The notes beneath the pieces are model-generated. The model was not told where the DNA came from and did no database searches. It was given only the letters and a program-made list of their open reading frames with translations. From Eledone cirrhosa (lineage: Eukaryota): a DNA stretch of 64,000 nucleotides. The DNA is taken from the NCBI GenBank assembly GCA_964016885.1, contig OZ024756.1, positions 7,378,001 to 7,442,000 on the forward strand, in the 5' to 3' direction. Made by a program: the position numbers and the translations under genes. Of the stretch, positions 27,851-39,797 are shown piece by piece; position 1 is the stretch's first letter; each line of letters begins with the position of its first letter.

Positions 27851-29190
27851 TCTGATGGACTCTACCTATAATTCAAAAGGTCGGGTTTGTTAAACCCTGT
27901 TGGACCTTGAATCTCCCTGACAACTACGTTTTTTCTATACGTATCTTTGCAATATTCAGCCACATACTCTGTTACTCTTTTACCTGTTCCAGCCATCCGG
28001 CTAAGGCCATGTTGGGGCACCGCCCACGTTAATATCAAGAGTGGGCTGTTCAGAGGATCAACCTATTACCAAACTTAACATCACAACCGACTGACCTTCA
28101 TTTATTATCTGGTTTGTTTTTTTTCTTTTTGTTGTACAAATGGTTATTTCATAAAATATTATTAGGTGTGACATATTTCTTAAGATTTTGTTAATTTGGT
28201 ATACGCAAAATTTCACAGCTCTAGTCAGCCTATAAACTTTTCAGCCGACGCTCATAATTCTGAATATGTTGTCAGTTTGGTAATTTGGAATGTATATTTA
28301 CCAAGTGTTTGATCCCGAGGTCAGACGTTTGCAAAGCGGGCTCCCTAACCACACAGATATATTTATAAAATAATAAATAATACAAAACCTATTTTGTTGT
28401 GGCTATAATTGATATGATGTGAGGTTTCCATCAGTATTACTGCTATCTAACGACTTTCTAATCAGTTAAATTCGAATTATAAATATGTTCATACTTATAG
28501 AAGCCGTTAGCAAGTGTCTTCTCTACCCTATCACCTAACACTCTACATTCATTCTCCAGCAAAAGCAAATACTTTAATCTGACTATCATAAATTGAGCAA
28601 TAATAACACGGTTCAGTTGTTATCACTGTATTAGCATTTGCTCCATAGTATCAGAATGTAATAGAGCGTCTCGTCACGGTTACTAGCCAATAGAAGAGTA
28701 GTAACAATATTCGTTGTAAAGCTGTGAAGTCATCCATAAATGTGACAAACGTTACCAGCGACAATAGTATCAATACACAGGCGAGTTGTATAGCACCACT
28801 CCCCACTCCAACTCGTCCCTTGTGTAAACCTAGCCATGTATAGCTTCAAGATGAATTGCTTTATGGCGACAAACCAGAACCCGGTGGTGTTGTTCGGTGA
28901 GGAAAAGGTGTGACAAATCGACTGATTTTGAAAAATCATATTACAATGTTGACACCTTCCATGACGTGACTTAATCATGAATAAATTCCGGCAGATTTTC
29001 ATTAATTTGTCTTCTTATTAATATCTTCCTCCTCTGAAATGTTAGAACTTCATGCCTGAATAACCTTCCTTCTGTCCCACAATATGATCGTGATTAATGA
29101 TTTCTAGCTTAAAAACAACATCACACATTTATGGAACTCAAGTGTATGATATTGACTCAATACTTATTTGACTTGTAATTGTCTAGCCGC

Positions 29191-29496
29191 CATCCCCGAA
29201 TTTGTCATTACAATACCACCAAAATGGTAGGCCAGCCCCGAATTGTTCATTACAATACCACCAAATTGGTAGGTCATCCCCGAATTTGTCATTACAATAC
29301 CACCAAATTTGTAGGCCAGCCCCGAATTTGTCATTACAGTACCACCAAATAGGTAGGCCAGCCCCGAATTTGTCATTACAATAACACCAAATTGGTAGGT
29401 CATCCCCGAATTTGTCATTACAATACCGCTAAATGTGTAGGTCACCCCCGAATTTGTCACTACAATACCACCAAATTGGTAGATCATCCCCGAATT
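29191..29496. repeat. 42-bp minisatellite, about 7 copies
   Basis: Unit CCCCGAATTTGTCATTACAATACCACCAAATTGGTAGGTCAT (29194, 29236, ...). Confidence 0.9.
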
Positions 29497-29844
29497 AAAT
29501 CGGTCCTCTATTTTCTATTCTGTTTGTATTCGCCATAATCCTGTCATCTTATATAACTAATTCTGTAATCAACAGCTGATGAAATCACCTAAGTCTTGCA
29601 TCATGATCGGATGATGAAACTGGACCATTCAAATATGTATAGTGTTTACGCGGAATTAAAATTCTAAAGAAAGTTTCAGGGTCCGGCCTTCTGTTGTTTT
29701 TAATGAATATTTAACTTCGTCCCTGCACTAACCATGGTTTACCACATCTACGGTGGCTGATTTGCATAAAGTCGAGTACAGGTTTATTCCAGAGAAGTAT
29801 AGAGTGAGTAACAGAATGGAAGTGAGAGAGATGTATAGACGAAA

Positions 29845-30002
29845 CATCGACCCAGTACTAGACTGGTACTTTTTTTATCGTCCCTTAACTGATGAAAGGC
29901 AAAGTTGACCTCGGCAGGTTTTGAACTGAGAGAGCAGAGAGTCAAAACAAATACCGCAAAGTATTCTGTCTGACGTTCTAACGACTCTACTTATACGCCG
30001 CC
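29845..30002 (-). mobile_element. SINE family A-related, diverged
   Basis: CTGGTACTTTTTTTATCG...GATGAAAGGCAAAGTTGACCTCGGC...TTTGAACT. Confidence 0.7.
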
Positions 30003-30564
30003 TCAGAATAATAAGATTAACTATTTAATTTCGAAATATCTCTTGTCCATCTTGTGTGATAACAACTGCAATGCTATTTCCGTTTGGAGTTTACAACAAG
30101 GAAATACTATAAAGATATTTCAACCACCTGATATCTCTATAAAGAATTTCTGATATCTCCTTACTTCTCTAGTAACTAACTTAACAAGACAAACACCGGG
30201 ACATATGAAATTTATCTAGAATTGAATGCTGAAAATTCAATCAGAAAATTTGACGTGAAACCCTTTAAAACGGCTAGAGAAATTGGTGTTCCCAGTTGAG
30301 ATAATCTCGTTACTTCAGATAGATACCTCGACTAACTGGATAATTGTGACGGGGTTGACAAGCTGAAACGCGTTACATTTCCGGTATGTAAAATAGCGAC
30401 ACAGTTCCTTAATGATTCTCATAGCGAAACACTGTGGAGAAACACGAGTGCTTCATACAGTTACATACACGTGCCAGCAGTTATATGTACATATGCAGGT
30501 GCATATGTGTGTCAATACAAACACACACGCATACACGCATTCACACACGCACACATACACACAC

Positions 30565-30600
<36 letters not shown>

Positions 30601-30601
<1 letters not shown>

Positions 30602-30676
30602 ACGACAGAAGTGTGGTAAGGAACCAGGTGAACCATAATGCACCAGAGTACTCAATACTTAGGTTAGTAGAGTGGG

Positions 30677-30680
<4 letters not shown>
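30601..30680 (-). mobile_element. 3'-terminal fragment of family P2 between (TA)n tracts
   Basis: GTGGTAAGGAACCAG...CCATAA..CACCAGAGTACTCAATAC shared with 47910-47955 and 56182-56228. Confidence 0.65.
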
Positions 30681-30723
<43 letters not shown>

Positions 30724-30798
30724 TATTGAAGTTTCGTATTCGTCTTATTCGGGAAACCTCTGGTAGTGAGGTAATTATATTGTATTGTTTATTATACA

Positions 30799-30868
<70 letters not shown>

Positions 30869-31404
30869 AGCGAGATCGAATTTCGGCAGTGGTCGAAAAC
30901 AAAGCGAAACGCAATATCCGAGGTATGCTGGCAAGCACTCCATGGACCAAATAAGGACCAGAGCAATAGATATAGGTTATAAAGGCCAAACAAACTGAGA
31001 TGGCGGTCAAGAAGCCATCAACCACCTGAGCCAAAAAGACGAGGCAAACCAAACAGGTCAAACAAAATAATTGAAATATTCACCGAACCCCTAGGAAAAT
31101 ATGGTATAATCCTGTGCAGGGTTTCGGCGACACCTAAATCAATTATACTACCTGCTTAAAATAATAAGCTTTCGGTATAATGATCGAACAAGGCTGTCAC
31201 TTCGTCAACAGGTATTTTGTTCTACGCCAGCATGCAGAATCATGCAGTGGTATGTAGTAGTAAAACCACGTGGGAGAAAACCCCAGATTTTGGCAGATGA
31301 ATTCAATCAGCTCAAGGTCCGATCTGCATCGATCTGGCCCAACTCTAGATTCAAACCTATAGTAACTGAATGTTACAATCCCTAAAATATATATATATAC
31401 ATAC

Positions 31405-31450
<46 letters not shown>

Positions 31451-31648
31451 CAGCAGCAACAACAGCAGCAGTAGTAGTAGTAATATTAGTCAAAAATCAG
31501 GAGATTATATCCAAAGTTGGTAGAGCACTCAGGACAAGTTCAGTATAGAGATAGTTCCACAACGAGTTGAAGATTTCTTCCGGTGAATCACGTGTTTTAA
31601 AATATGGTTATTTGTTGTGAAATTAGCTACGACCCCCCCCCTCTCTCT

Positions 31649-31724
<76 letters not shown>

Positions 31725-31741
31725 ACATATATATATATGTA

Positions 31742-31789
<48 letters not shown>

Positions 31790-31943
31790 TATGTGCACGT
31801 ACATACATATATGTATACAGACGTACAGTAGTATGTATATATATATATATATACATACATGCACACATATATATATGTACGTATGGATTCACCAAACATT
31901 TATTATAATGCTCGGTGTGTTTGTATATACATATGTATATATA

Positions 31944-32105
31944 TAGTATTAAGGATACTATTTATGGTTATGTATATATTAAAACAATTTATAGTTATAT
32001 ATATTTTAAACACTAAACAGTGAAAGTCAGTAATTTATTACTACCTTATTACCAGTAAGATAAATAGCTCAATGTAATAACATCAGTTGTTCTACATAGC
32101 AGTTA
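31944..32105. repeat. Dispersed repeat, second copy at 46731-46893
   Basis: TAGTATTAAGGATACTATTTATGGTTATG...CAGTTGTTCTACA near-identical in both places, each beginning at a TA-rich tract. Confidence 0.85.
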
Positions 32106-32149
32106 ATAAATGGTTTGAACATAACTTTGATTCCTGTGAATTCTATATC

Positions 32150-32482
32150 ATCATCATCATCATTTCATTTTACGTCCGCTTTTTCCCTGCTTGCAAGGGA
32201 ACTGATTCTGGCTTGATTTCTACAGCTGTACGCCCTTCCTAACACCAACCTCATTTACAGTGAGTGCTGGGTGCTTTTTTGCCGTGGCACCTCCACGACC
32301 ACTTTGCAGTGGAATGATAGGGACCCCTGTCCCTAACATCTCATTTCTACAGCTGAGTAAACTGGAGCAATGTGAAATAAAGTGTCTTGCCCAAGGAAAC
32401 AACACATCACCCGGTCTGAGAATTGAACTCACAACCTTTCGATTGCAAGGCCAATGCTCTAACCACTAAGTCATGTGCCTCC
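32150..32482 (-). mobile_element. tRNA-derived CORE-like SINE (family B) with (ATG)n tail
   Basis: Head GGAGGCACATGACTTAGTGGTTAGAGC...GAGTTCAATTC; core TTCCTTGGGCAAGACACTTTATTTCACATTGCTCCAGT; tail GGACGTAAAATG(ATG)n. Confidence 0.8.
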
Positions 32483-33142
<660 letters not shown>

Positions 33143-33347
33143 CAGTATTTACGTATGGAGAGAGAGAAAAAAAGGGGGGATAGGTGATACATATAGTTAT
33201 TTGCCAAGTAGCGTATGCCAAAGGTGCTCGATACTAGTGCCGGCAGTATTAAAAATTCGAAGTGTTAATATTTAGTGGGCTAGAGAATTAGCAGCGCGGA
33301 AGCACGTGGAAAAGTAAGAGATCGGAGAATATACCGTAAAAACATGT

Positions 33348-33560
33348 TTATTTAAAACATCGATGATTGGTTTCTTTACTGTATTTAATTTTATCAGGAT
33401 AACCGGCTCTGGAAAGCGCATTTGTGTAATAATTGGCTTTAGCGTCAAAGATAACTTTATTAGAGGATAAATTTGAGATTCTTTTTTCAACATTACTGAT
33501 ATCATCCCATGATGATATTTGTTTTTGAAATGCGCATAATAAAATACATGGAACTCTTTT
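33348..33560 (-). pseudogene. Penelope-like reverse transcriptase thumb-region remnant
   Basis: ISNVEKRISNLSSNKVIFDAKANYYTNALSRAGYPDKIKY resembles the PLE RT C-terminal pattern (R.S.LSS....F......Y..AL..[SA]GY); recognised from memory, not searched. Confidence 0.6.
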
Positions 33561-33666
33561 AACCATCTTTTGATTTTATATTATTTATACTCCAGTCCTA
33601 TAAACTGTGGAGTGTTACTTATCCGATATTTGCATTGCTTTATTGTGCTGCAATAAAACTCACCTC

Positions 33667-33759
<93 letters not shown>

Positions 33760-33831
33760 GCCTCCAAAAACAACGGTCACCTTTTTGAAAGGGTATGTCA
33801 ATTATCTATTTGTAAAACTGTTATATATTGT

Positions 33832-33894
33832 ATTTTGTCTGATGAAGGCATACCATGATTTAACTTGGTATCCTTGAAATATATATAATGAAAT
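33832..33894 (+). ncRNA. Type I hammerhead ribozyme motif (family P1)
   Basis: ATTTTGT-CTGATGA-AGGCATACCA-loop-TGGTATCCTT-GAAA-TATATATA-ATGAAAT, inside a ~180-bp insert between (TA)n tracts. Confidence 0.7.
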
Positions 33895-33970
33895 AAATAT
33901 GGTTTTATAAATATAGTTTCCATTTATTAATACTGTATATATATATATATATTTTGGTAGATTTATCGAC

Positions 33971-34156
<186 letters not shown>

Positions 34157-34399
34157 ATGTCAACAATGAAAATAATTAAATAGAATGAAAGCCACAACAA
34201 CAACAAATAACAAAGTGTCAAAAGTAAACTTGTGAAAGTTGCCACTACCTGACTATATAACTCTACCCACCTCTGGCTTACAGCAATACCTCTGACAGCA
34301 AATTAAACTTAACTACTAGAATTAGACCGTAAGACTTAAGCTTTTCGTTCTTGGCATTTAATGAATTGTAGACACGTGACTGTGAAAGACAGTAGTGTC

Positions 34400-35072
34400 G
34401 CCTCCACCACCACCAACACCACTCCCACCACTACTACTTCTTTGACACCACCACCACCACTACCACCACCACTACAACTACTGCATCCTTGACACCACCA
34501 CCAACACCACCACCACCACCACTACCACCACCACCATCACTACTGCTTCCTTGACACCACCACCACAACCACCACCAGCACCAGTACCACCACTACTGCT
34601 TCCTTGACACCACCACCACCAACACCACCACCACCACCACTACCACCACCACCATCACTACTGCTTCCTTGACACCACCACCACAACCACCACCAGCACC
34701 ACTACCACCACTACTGCTTCCTTGACACCATCACCACCAACACCACCACCACCACCACCACTACCACCACCACCATCACTACTGCTTCCTTGACACCACC
34801 ACCACAACCACCACCAGCACCACTACCACCACTACTGCTTCCTTGACACCATCACCACCACCGCCACCACCAGCACCAGTACCACCACTACTGCTTCCTT
34901 GACACCACCACCACCACCATCACCACCCTCACCACCAGTACCAGTACCACCACTACTGCTTCCTTGACACCACCACCACCACCATCACCACCACCGCCAC
35001 CACCACTACTGCTTCCTTGACACCACGGCCACCACCATGACCACTACCACCACCACCACCACCACCACTACT
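34400..35072. repeat. CCA-rich minisatellite
   Basis: Anchor ACTACTGCTTCCTTGACACC alternating with variable (CCA)n runs. Confidence 0.9.
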
Positions 35073-35147
35073 CTATGCCACGTCGTTGTTGTTTCTATTA
35101 TGATATTTACATTGGCTGGGTCATAAATTGGACAATTGACCTTCAAC

Positions 35148-35253
35148 TGCTACAACAACAACAGCAACAGCAACAAGAACAACAACGACAACAACAACAG
35201 CAACAACAACGACAACAACAACAACAACAACAACAACAACAGCAGCAGCAGCG
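35148..35253. repeat. (CAA/CAG)n microsatellite
   Basis: Direct reading. Confidence 0.9.
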
Positions 35254-35391
35254 GTAATGAGGTTTTGACTTGGCATGAGGCCAGATATTGTCAGAGAATG
35301 TCAATTAGAGATACCCCAGTATATTATTAAGAAATTGTTTACTTGATAAATTGAATTCACACTCGAGAGTTACCAGAGAGATTAATTATAC

Positions 35392-35790
35392 CGGGGATTG
35401 TCTGGCCACTTCCCCTTCACACCGGTCACGGTCGAGACCTCAGGCGTACTCGGCCCCCATACTGTCGAGCTCCTCCGCAAGATCGGAAGGTCAGCGGCCC
35501 GTCGGAGGAAGAAACCCCGTGAGGTGGGGTGGCTGTTGCAGTGGGTGTCGTTGGCCATTGTCCGCGGGAATACTTTTGCGGTCTTCTCCGCTGGAAGCCA
35601 CCGCATTACCGCTGCGCTCTAGTCCCAAAGCCCTCACCCACACCCTCCCCATACTTCTGTGACACTGGAGTCCTTGCCATTTCTTCCCTTTTCAGTTTTT
35701 TGGTTCTGTATATTTTCCTATTTTAGTTTCCTTTCTTCGCAATCTAAATTTCCCTTCTTTTTGTTTCTATTTAACTATATTTACATGATA
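35392..35790 (+). mobile_element. 3' end of an RLE-type (CRE-like) non-LTR retrotransposon
   Basis: ORF 35398-35622: FTPVTVETSGVLG...LLRKIG...LLQWVSLAIVRGN matches the F.P...ET.G..G ... LQR.S.A..RGN tail of CRE-clade endonucleases; GC-rich island followed by a pyrimidine-rich UTR. Confidence 0.7.
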
Positions 35791-35958
35791 TATTCCTTTC
35801 ATTGGTTAGGTTTAGGTAAATGATAAGGGGACGAAGTTATGTCTTTGACCTTGCTAGGCCTTCTGTAACCGATGGGAACTAAGTGGTTAACTTTACTTTT
35901 GGAAAACTTTGAAGCAGTTATCTGAAGACAACACAAATACAGGAATAAAATTCTAGAT

Positions 35959-36494
35959 AAGAGGTTCTCAAACCATTTGCGGTCACCGCCCCTGCCCATC
36001 ATGGCCACCTAATACCCTCAACGCCCCCTAACCCTATTTCCAGAGAGACCTGCCTACACGCAAGTTCTAAATAATATATAATAAATGAAATCGTTAATTT
36101 ATATATAATAAATAATTGTTTCTACTTTTGGCACAAGGCCAGCAATTATCCCAGTGTATTACTGGTACTTTATTTTATCGACCCCGTAAGGATGAAAGGC
36201 AAAGTTAACCTTGGCGGGATTTGAACTCAGACCATAAAGGGCTGCAAAGCATGGCGTCAGACCCTCTACCGATACTGCCAATCCACCGCCCTTTATATAT
36301 AATAAATAATATAATATATACTATGTATAAATAAATATTATATATTTTATATTTTACTATATTTATTTATAATATATATCATTTGATATTTAATATACTA
36401 TTATATCATCTCTACTGCTTCCTTAGGCCCCAGAAACCATTGGGCCTTCACAAATCCCTCGGGGTGGGGTTAGCGCCCACTTTGAGAACCTCTG
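35959..36494. mobile_element. hAT (Charlie-like) MITE with nested SINE
   Basis: TIR (A)AGAGGTTCTCAAA / TTTGAGAACCTCTG, left flank TTCTAGAT; homolog lacking the SINE at 60196-60498. Confidence 0.75.
36113..36292 (-). mobile_element. SINE family A with 19-bp TSD
   Basis: TTTATATATAATAAATAAT on both sides. Confidence 0.9.
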
Positions 36495-36793
36495 ATCTAT
36501 CCCGTTCTATCGCAACACTACAACTAGCTGGAGCAATTAGAGTAGTTGAAACTAACGACAATCTAAATAAGGAGCTACCTCATTATCCTGTCTATTTTGT
36601 TAACACTATATCTGTATTAAGGACCACTTAAAACTCTGACTGCAAGTTTATTACTTCGTGTTTACTTGGGTATATTAGGTATCTTCTAGAGGAAAGGGTG
36701 GGGTAGAGAATCAAACAGGAACCCCCTCCCCGACTCCAACCCCTCGTATAAACCCATACATACCTACACAAATATATATATACATATATATAT

Positions 36794-37228
36794 ATATACG
36801 ATATTAATAAATGGAAACTATATTTATAAAACCATATTTATTTCATTATACATATTTCAGGGATACCAAATTAAATTATGGTATGCCTTCATCAGACAAA
36901 ATACAATATATAACAGTTTTAAAAATAAGCTTTGACGTACCCTATTAAAATGCAACCATTGTTTTTGGAAGTCAATGGTTGCATTTTAATAGGGTACGTC
37001 AAAGCTTATTTGTAAAACTGTTATATATTTTATTTTGTCTGATGAAGGCATACCATAATTTAATTTGGCATCCCTGAAATATGTATAATGAAATAAATAT
37101 GGTTCTATAAATATAGTTTCCATTTATTAATATCGTATATCTACTCCAAATACTTGTCGAGTGCTTTATATCAGTTATAAAAATATTTACTTGTTGTATC
37201 CCAACAATTTTAAATAGAACTTTTGCAT
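36794..37228. mobile_element. Fold-back element of family P1 with two HHR motifs
   Basis: ~168-bp arms 36794-36961 / 36973-37140; HHR at 36840-36902 (-) and 37032-37094 (+); right arm continues through TACTC-N12-GAGTG to (TA)n. Confidence 0.85.
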
Positions 37229-37249
37229 ATATATATATATATATATTTG

Positions 37250-37601
37250 TGTATAGTGGTAGCTATGGTGCTTCCGTAGGCGGTATGCCAAAATTAGCAC
37301 TCAATATTCATCAGAGTAGAGTGTATATGTTATCAAGAAAACGAAAAATCAGTGATGCATCTGGACTTAGTTTATTTCGTGTTACACATTTTTTACCGGC
37401 ATGTAACTCGAGTCATGGTCCTTGTATGGATCTGGCTGATTCTACTTCTGCGGGTTCTTTCAGACACGTCTGTTATGTCCGGAGAAAATTTTATCACATA
37501 GTGATCCATACAAGGACCATGACTCGAGCTACATGCCGGCGAAACATGTGCAACACGAAATAAACTAAGTCCAGATGCATCACTGATTTTTCGTTTTCTT
37601 G

Positions 37602-37606
<5 letters not shown>
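37250..37606. mobile_element. Fold-back element without a clear HHR core
   Basis: Arms ~37330-37432 / 37503-37605; left extension carries TACTC-N11-GAGTG on the minus strand; bounded by (TA)n. Confidence 0.7.
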
Positions 37607-37644
<38 letters not shown>

Positions 37645-38074
37645 GCATAAATACACACCTATACACGGCTATACACACACACGCACACATACACACTCAC
37701 ACATATATATATGAGAGAGAGAGAGAGAGACAGAGAGAGACAGAGACAGCGTCAGAGACAGATGGGTGGTTAACAAAGGGACATAGACAAATGTAGGCAC
37801 ATGTGCACACATGCATATATATAATAAACTGAGCCACAAGTTTAATTAGAATTAGCAATATGATATTTTCCAAAATACATCAGAAATTGTATTCTGAGAC
37901 GAGTCGAATCTACGGGAGTTCTCAACAGAATATTCACACAATTCTTGGTAAGTCTCCAGCCCCATCCCCTCGGCCTTCAAAGTACTTTCCCTTTACCCTG
38001 CCAAATATCTCTCGAAGGTGCTGCTGCTACCATAATATGGTACTTATCTCACTGCAAATGGTGATATCATAATA

Positions 38075-39356
38075 TAATTGTTTCTACTTTAGACACAAGT
38101 CCAGCAATTACCCACTGGTACTTTTTTTATCGACCCGGTAAGGATGAAAGGCAAAGTCAACCTCGGCGGGATTTGAACTCAGATCGTAAAGGGACGTAAC
38201 TATGCTGGAAAGCATGGCGTCCGACCCTCTACCGATACTGCCAAGGTAGGAATACGGAACTGTATCCTGAATATATTTTTTAATCCGTTAGTAAAATAAG
38301 TTGGATTACTTTGAATAAATAATTGTTTCTAATTTTGGCACAAGGCCAGCAATTAACCAGTGTATTACTGGTACTTTGAATAAATAATTGTTTCTAATTT
38401 TGGCACAAGGCCAGCAATTAACCAGTGTATTACTGGTACTTTGAATAAATAATTGTTTCTAATTTTGGCACAAGGCCAGCAATTAACCAGTGTATTACTG
38501 GTACTTTGAATAAATAATTGTTTCTAATTTTGGCACAAGGCCAGCAATTATCCAGTGTATTACTGGTACTTTGAATAAATAATTGTTTCTACATTTGGCA
38601 CAAGGCCAGCAATTAACCAGTGTATTACTGGTACTTTGAATAAATAATTGTTTCTACATTTGCACAAGGCCAGCAATTATCCAGTGTATTACTGGTACTT
38701 TGAATAAATAATTGATTCTACTTTTGGCACAAGGCCAGCAATTAACTAGTGTATTACTGGTACTTTATTTTATCGGCCCCGTTAGGATGAAAGGCAAAGT
38801 TAACCTCAGTGGGATTTGAACTCAGACCATAAAGGGCCGTAACTCTTTGCTGCAAAGCATGGCGTTCGACCCACTACCGATACTGCCAATCCACCGCAAT
38901 TACTTTGAATGAATAATGAATGGATCATAACTATATTAAAGGGAGGCGTGCGGGACTGGGTGCCGAATATATTTTGTTATCCCGTTAGTAAAATAAGTTG
39001 GATTACTTTCAATAAATAAGTGTTTCTAATTTAGGCACAAGGCCAGCAATTATCCAGTGCATTACTGGTACTTTATTTTATCGACCCCGTAAGGAATGAA
39101 TGAATATTACATAATTTATGTTCTAAATTTCGTATCTGTTGATTAAACATAAATATTCTTATATATAATTGTTTCTACTTTTGGCACAAGGCCAGCAATT
39201 ACCCAGTGCATTACTGGTACTTTATTTTATCGACCCTGTAAGGATGAAAGGCAAAGTTAACCTCGGCGGGATTTGAACTCAGAATGGCAAGGACCGTAAC
39301 TCTATGCGTCAAAGCATGGCGTCCGACCCTCTACCGATACTGCCAATCCACCGCCC
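38075..39356 (-). mobile_element. Cluster of SINE family A copies (38075-38244, 38710-38897, partial 39020-39095, 39167-39356)
   Basis: Reverse complements of the family A consensus. Confidence 0.85.
38311..38764. repeat. 65-bp tandem repeat (7 copies) made from SINE tail plus flank
   Basis: TTGAATAAATAATTGTTTCT...CAAGGCCAGC...TACTGGTACT at 38311, 38376, 38441, 38506, 38571, 38636, 38700. Confidence 0.95.
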
Positions 39357-39797
39357 GAATACATTATTCATTTTAAGATTCACTTCTTTTAAAATGTTCA
39401 CATGTCTAAACTTCCGGTTAGCGTCACTTATTCCATTGCTTATATAAACATCCATATATTTGCATCGTTATATAATGTTTCATTACATTTCACCGTAATT
39501 TACATATAATATCGTCTTTTTTAAATGTATCCTGGATTACTTTACTGATTACAGAAGACAGTGTAACACAGTCTCTCTTCAATTTCTGTGTATATTGTCA
39601 ATTACGATTTTATTTGACGTATCATATCTACATGTGTATATACTTGCGTATAATATCAATATACACACTACACATGCTATATTATATATTATATACTTTT
39701 TGGACTAAAATTCGTAGCTGTTGATTAAATAAAAATATTCTTATATATTAAGTTATTCAAATACTAAGTAATTAGTGAATTTTCATAATCTAAATAT

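Noticed and set aside
29164-29487. 14-aa repeat ORF (GMTYQFGGIVMTNS)
   Set aside because: The 42-bp unit is open in several frames and the ORF coincides with the array; treated as a minisatellite, though an exon cannot be fully excluded.
29576-29625. CTGATGA-AATCA...TGAT-GAAAC motif
   Set aside because: No valid NUH triplet or stem I; too degenerate to call.
35075-35330. Poly-Q / poly-N ORFs
   Set aside because: CAA/CAG microsatellite without supporting coding context.
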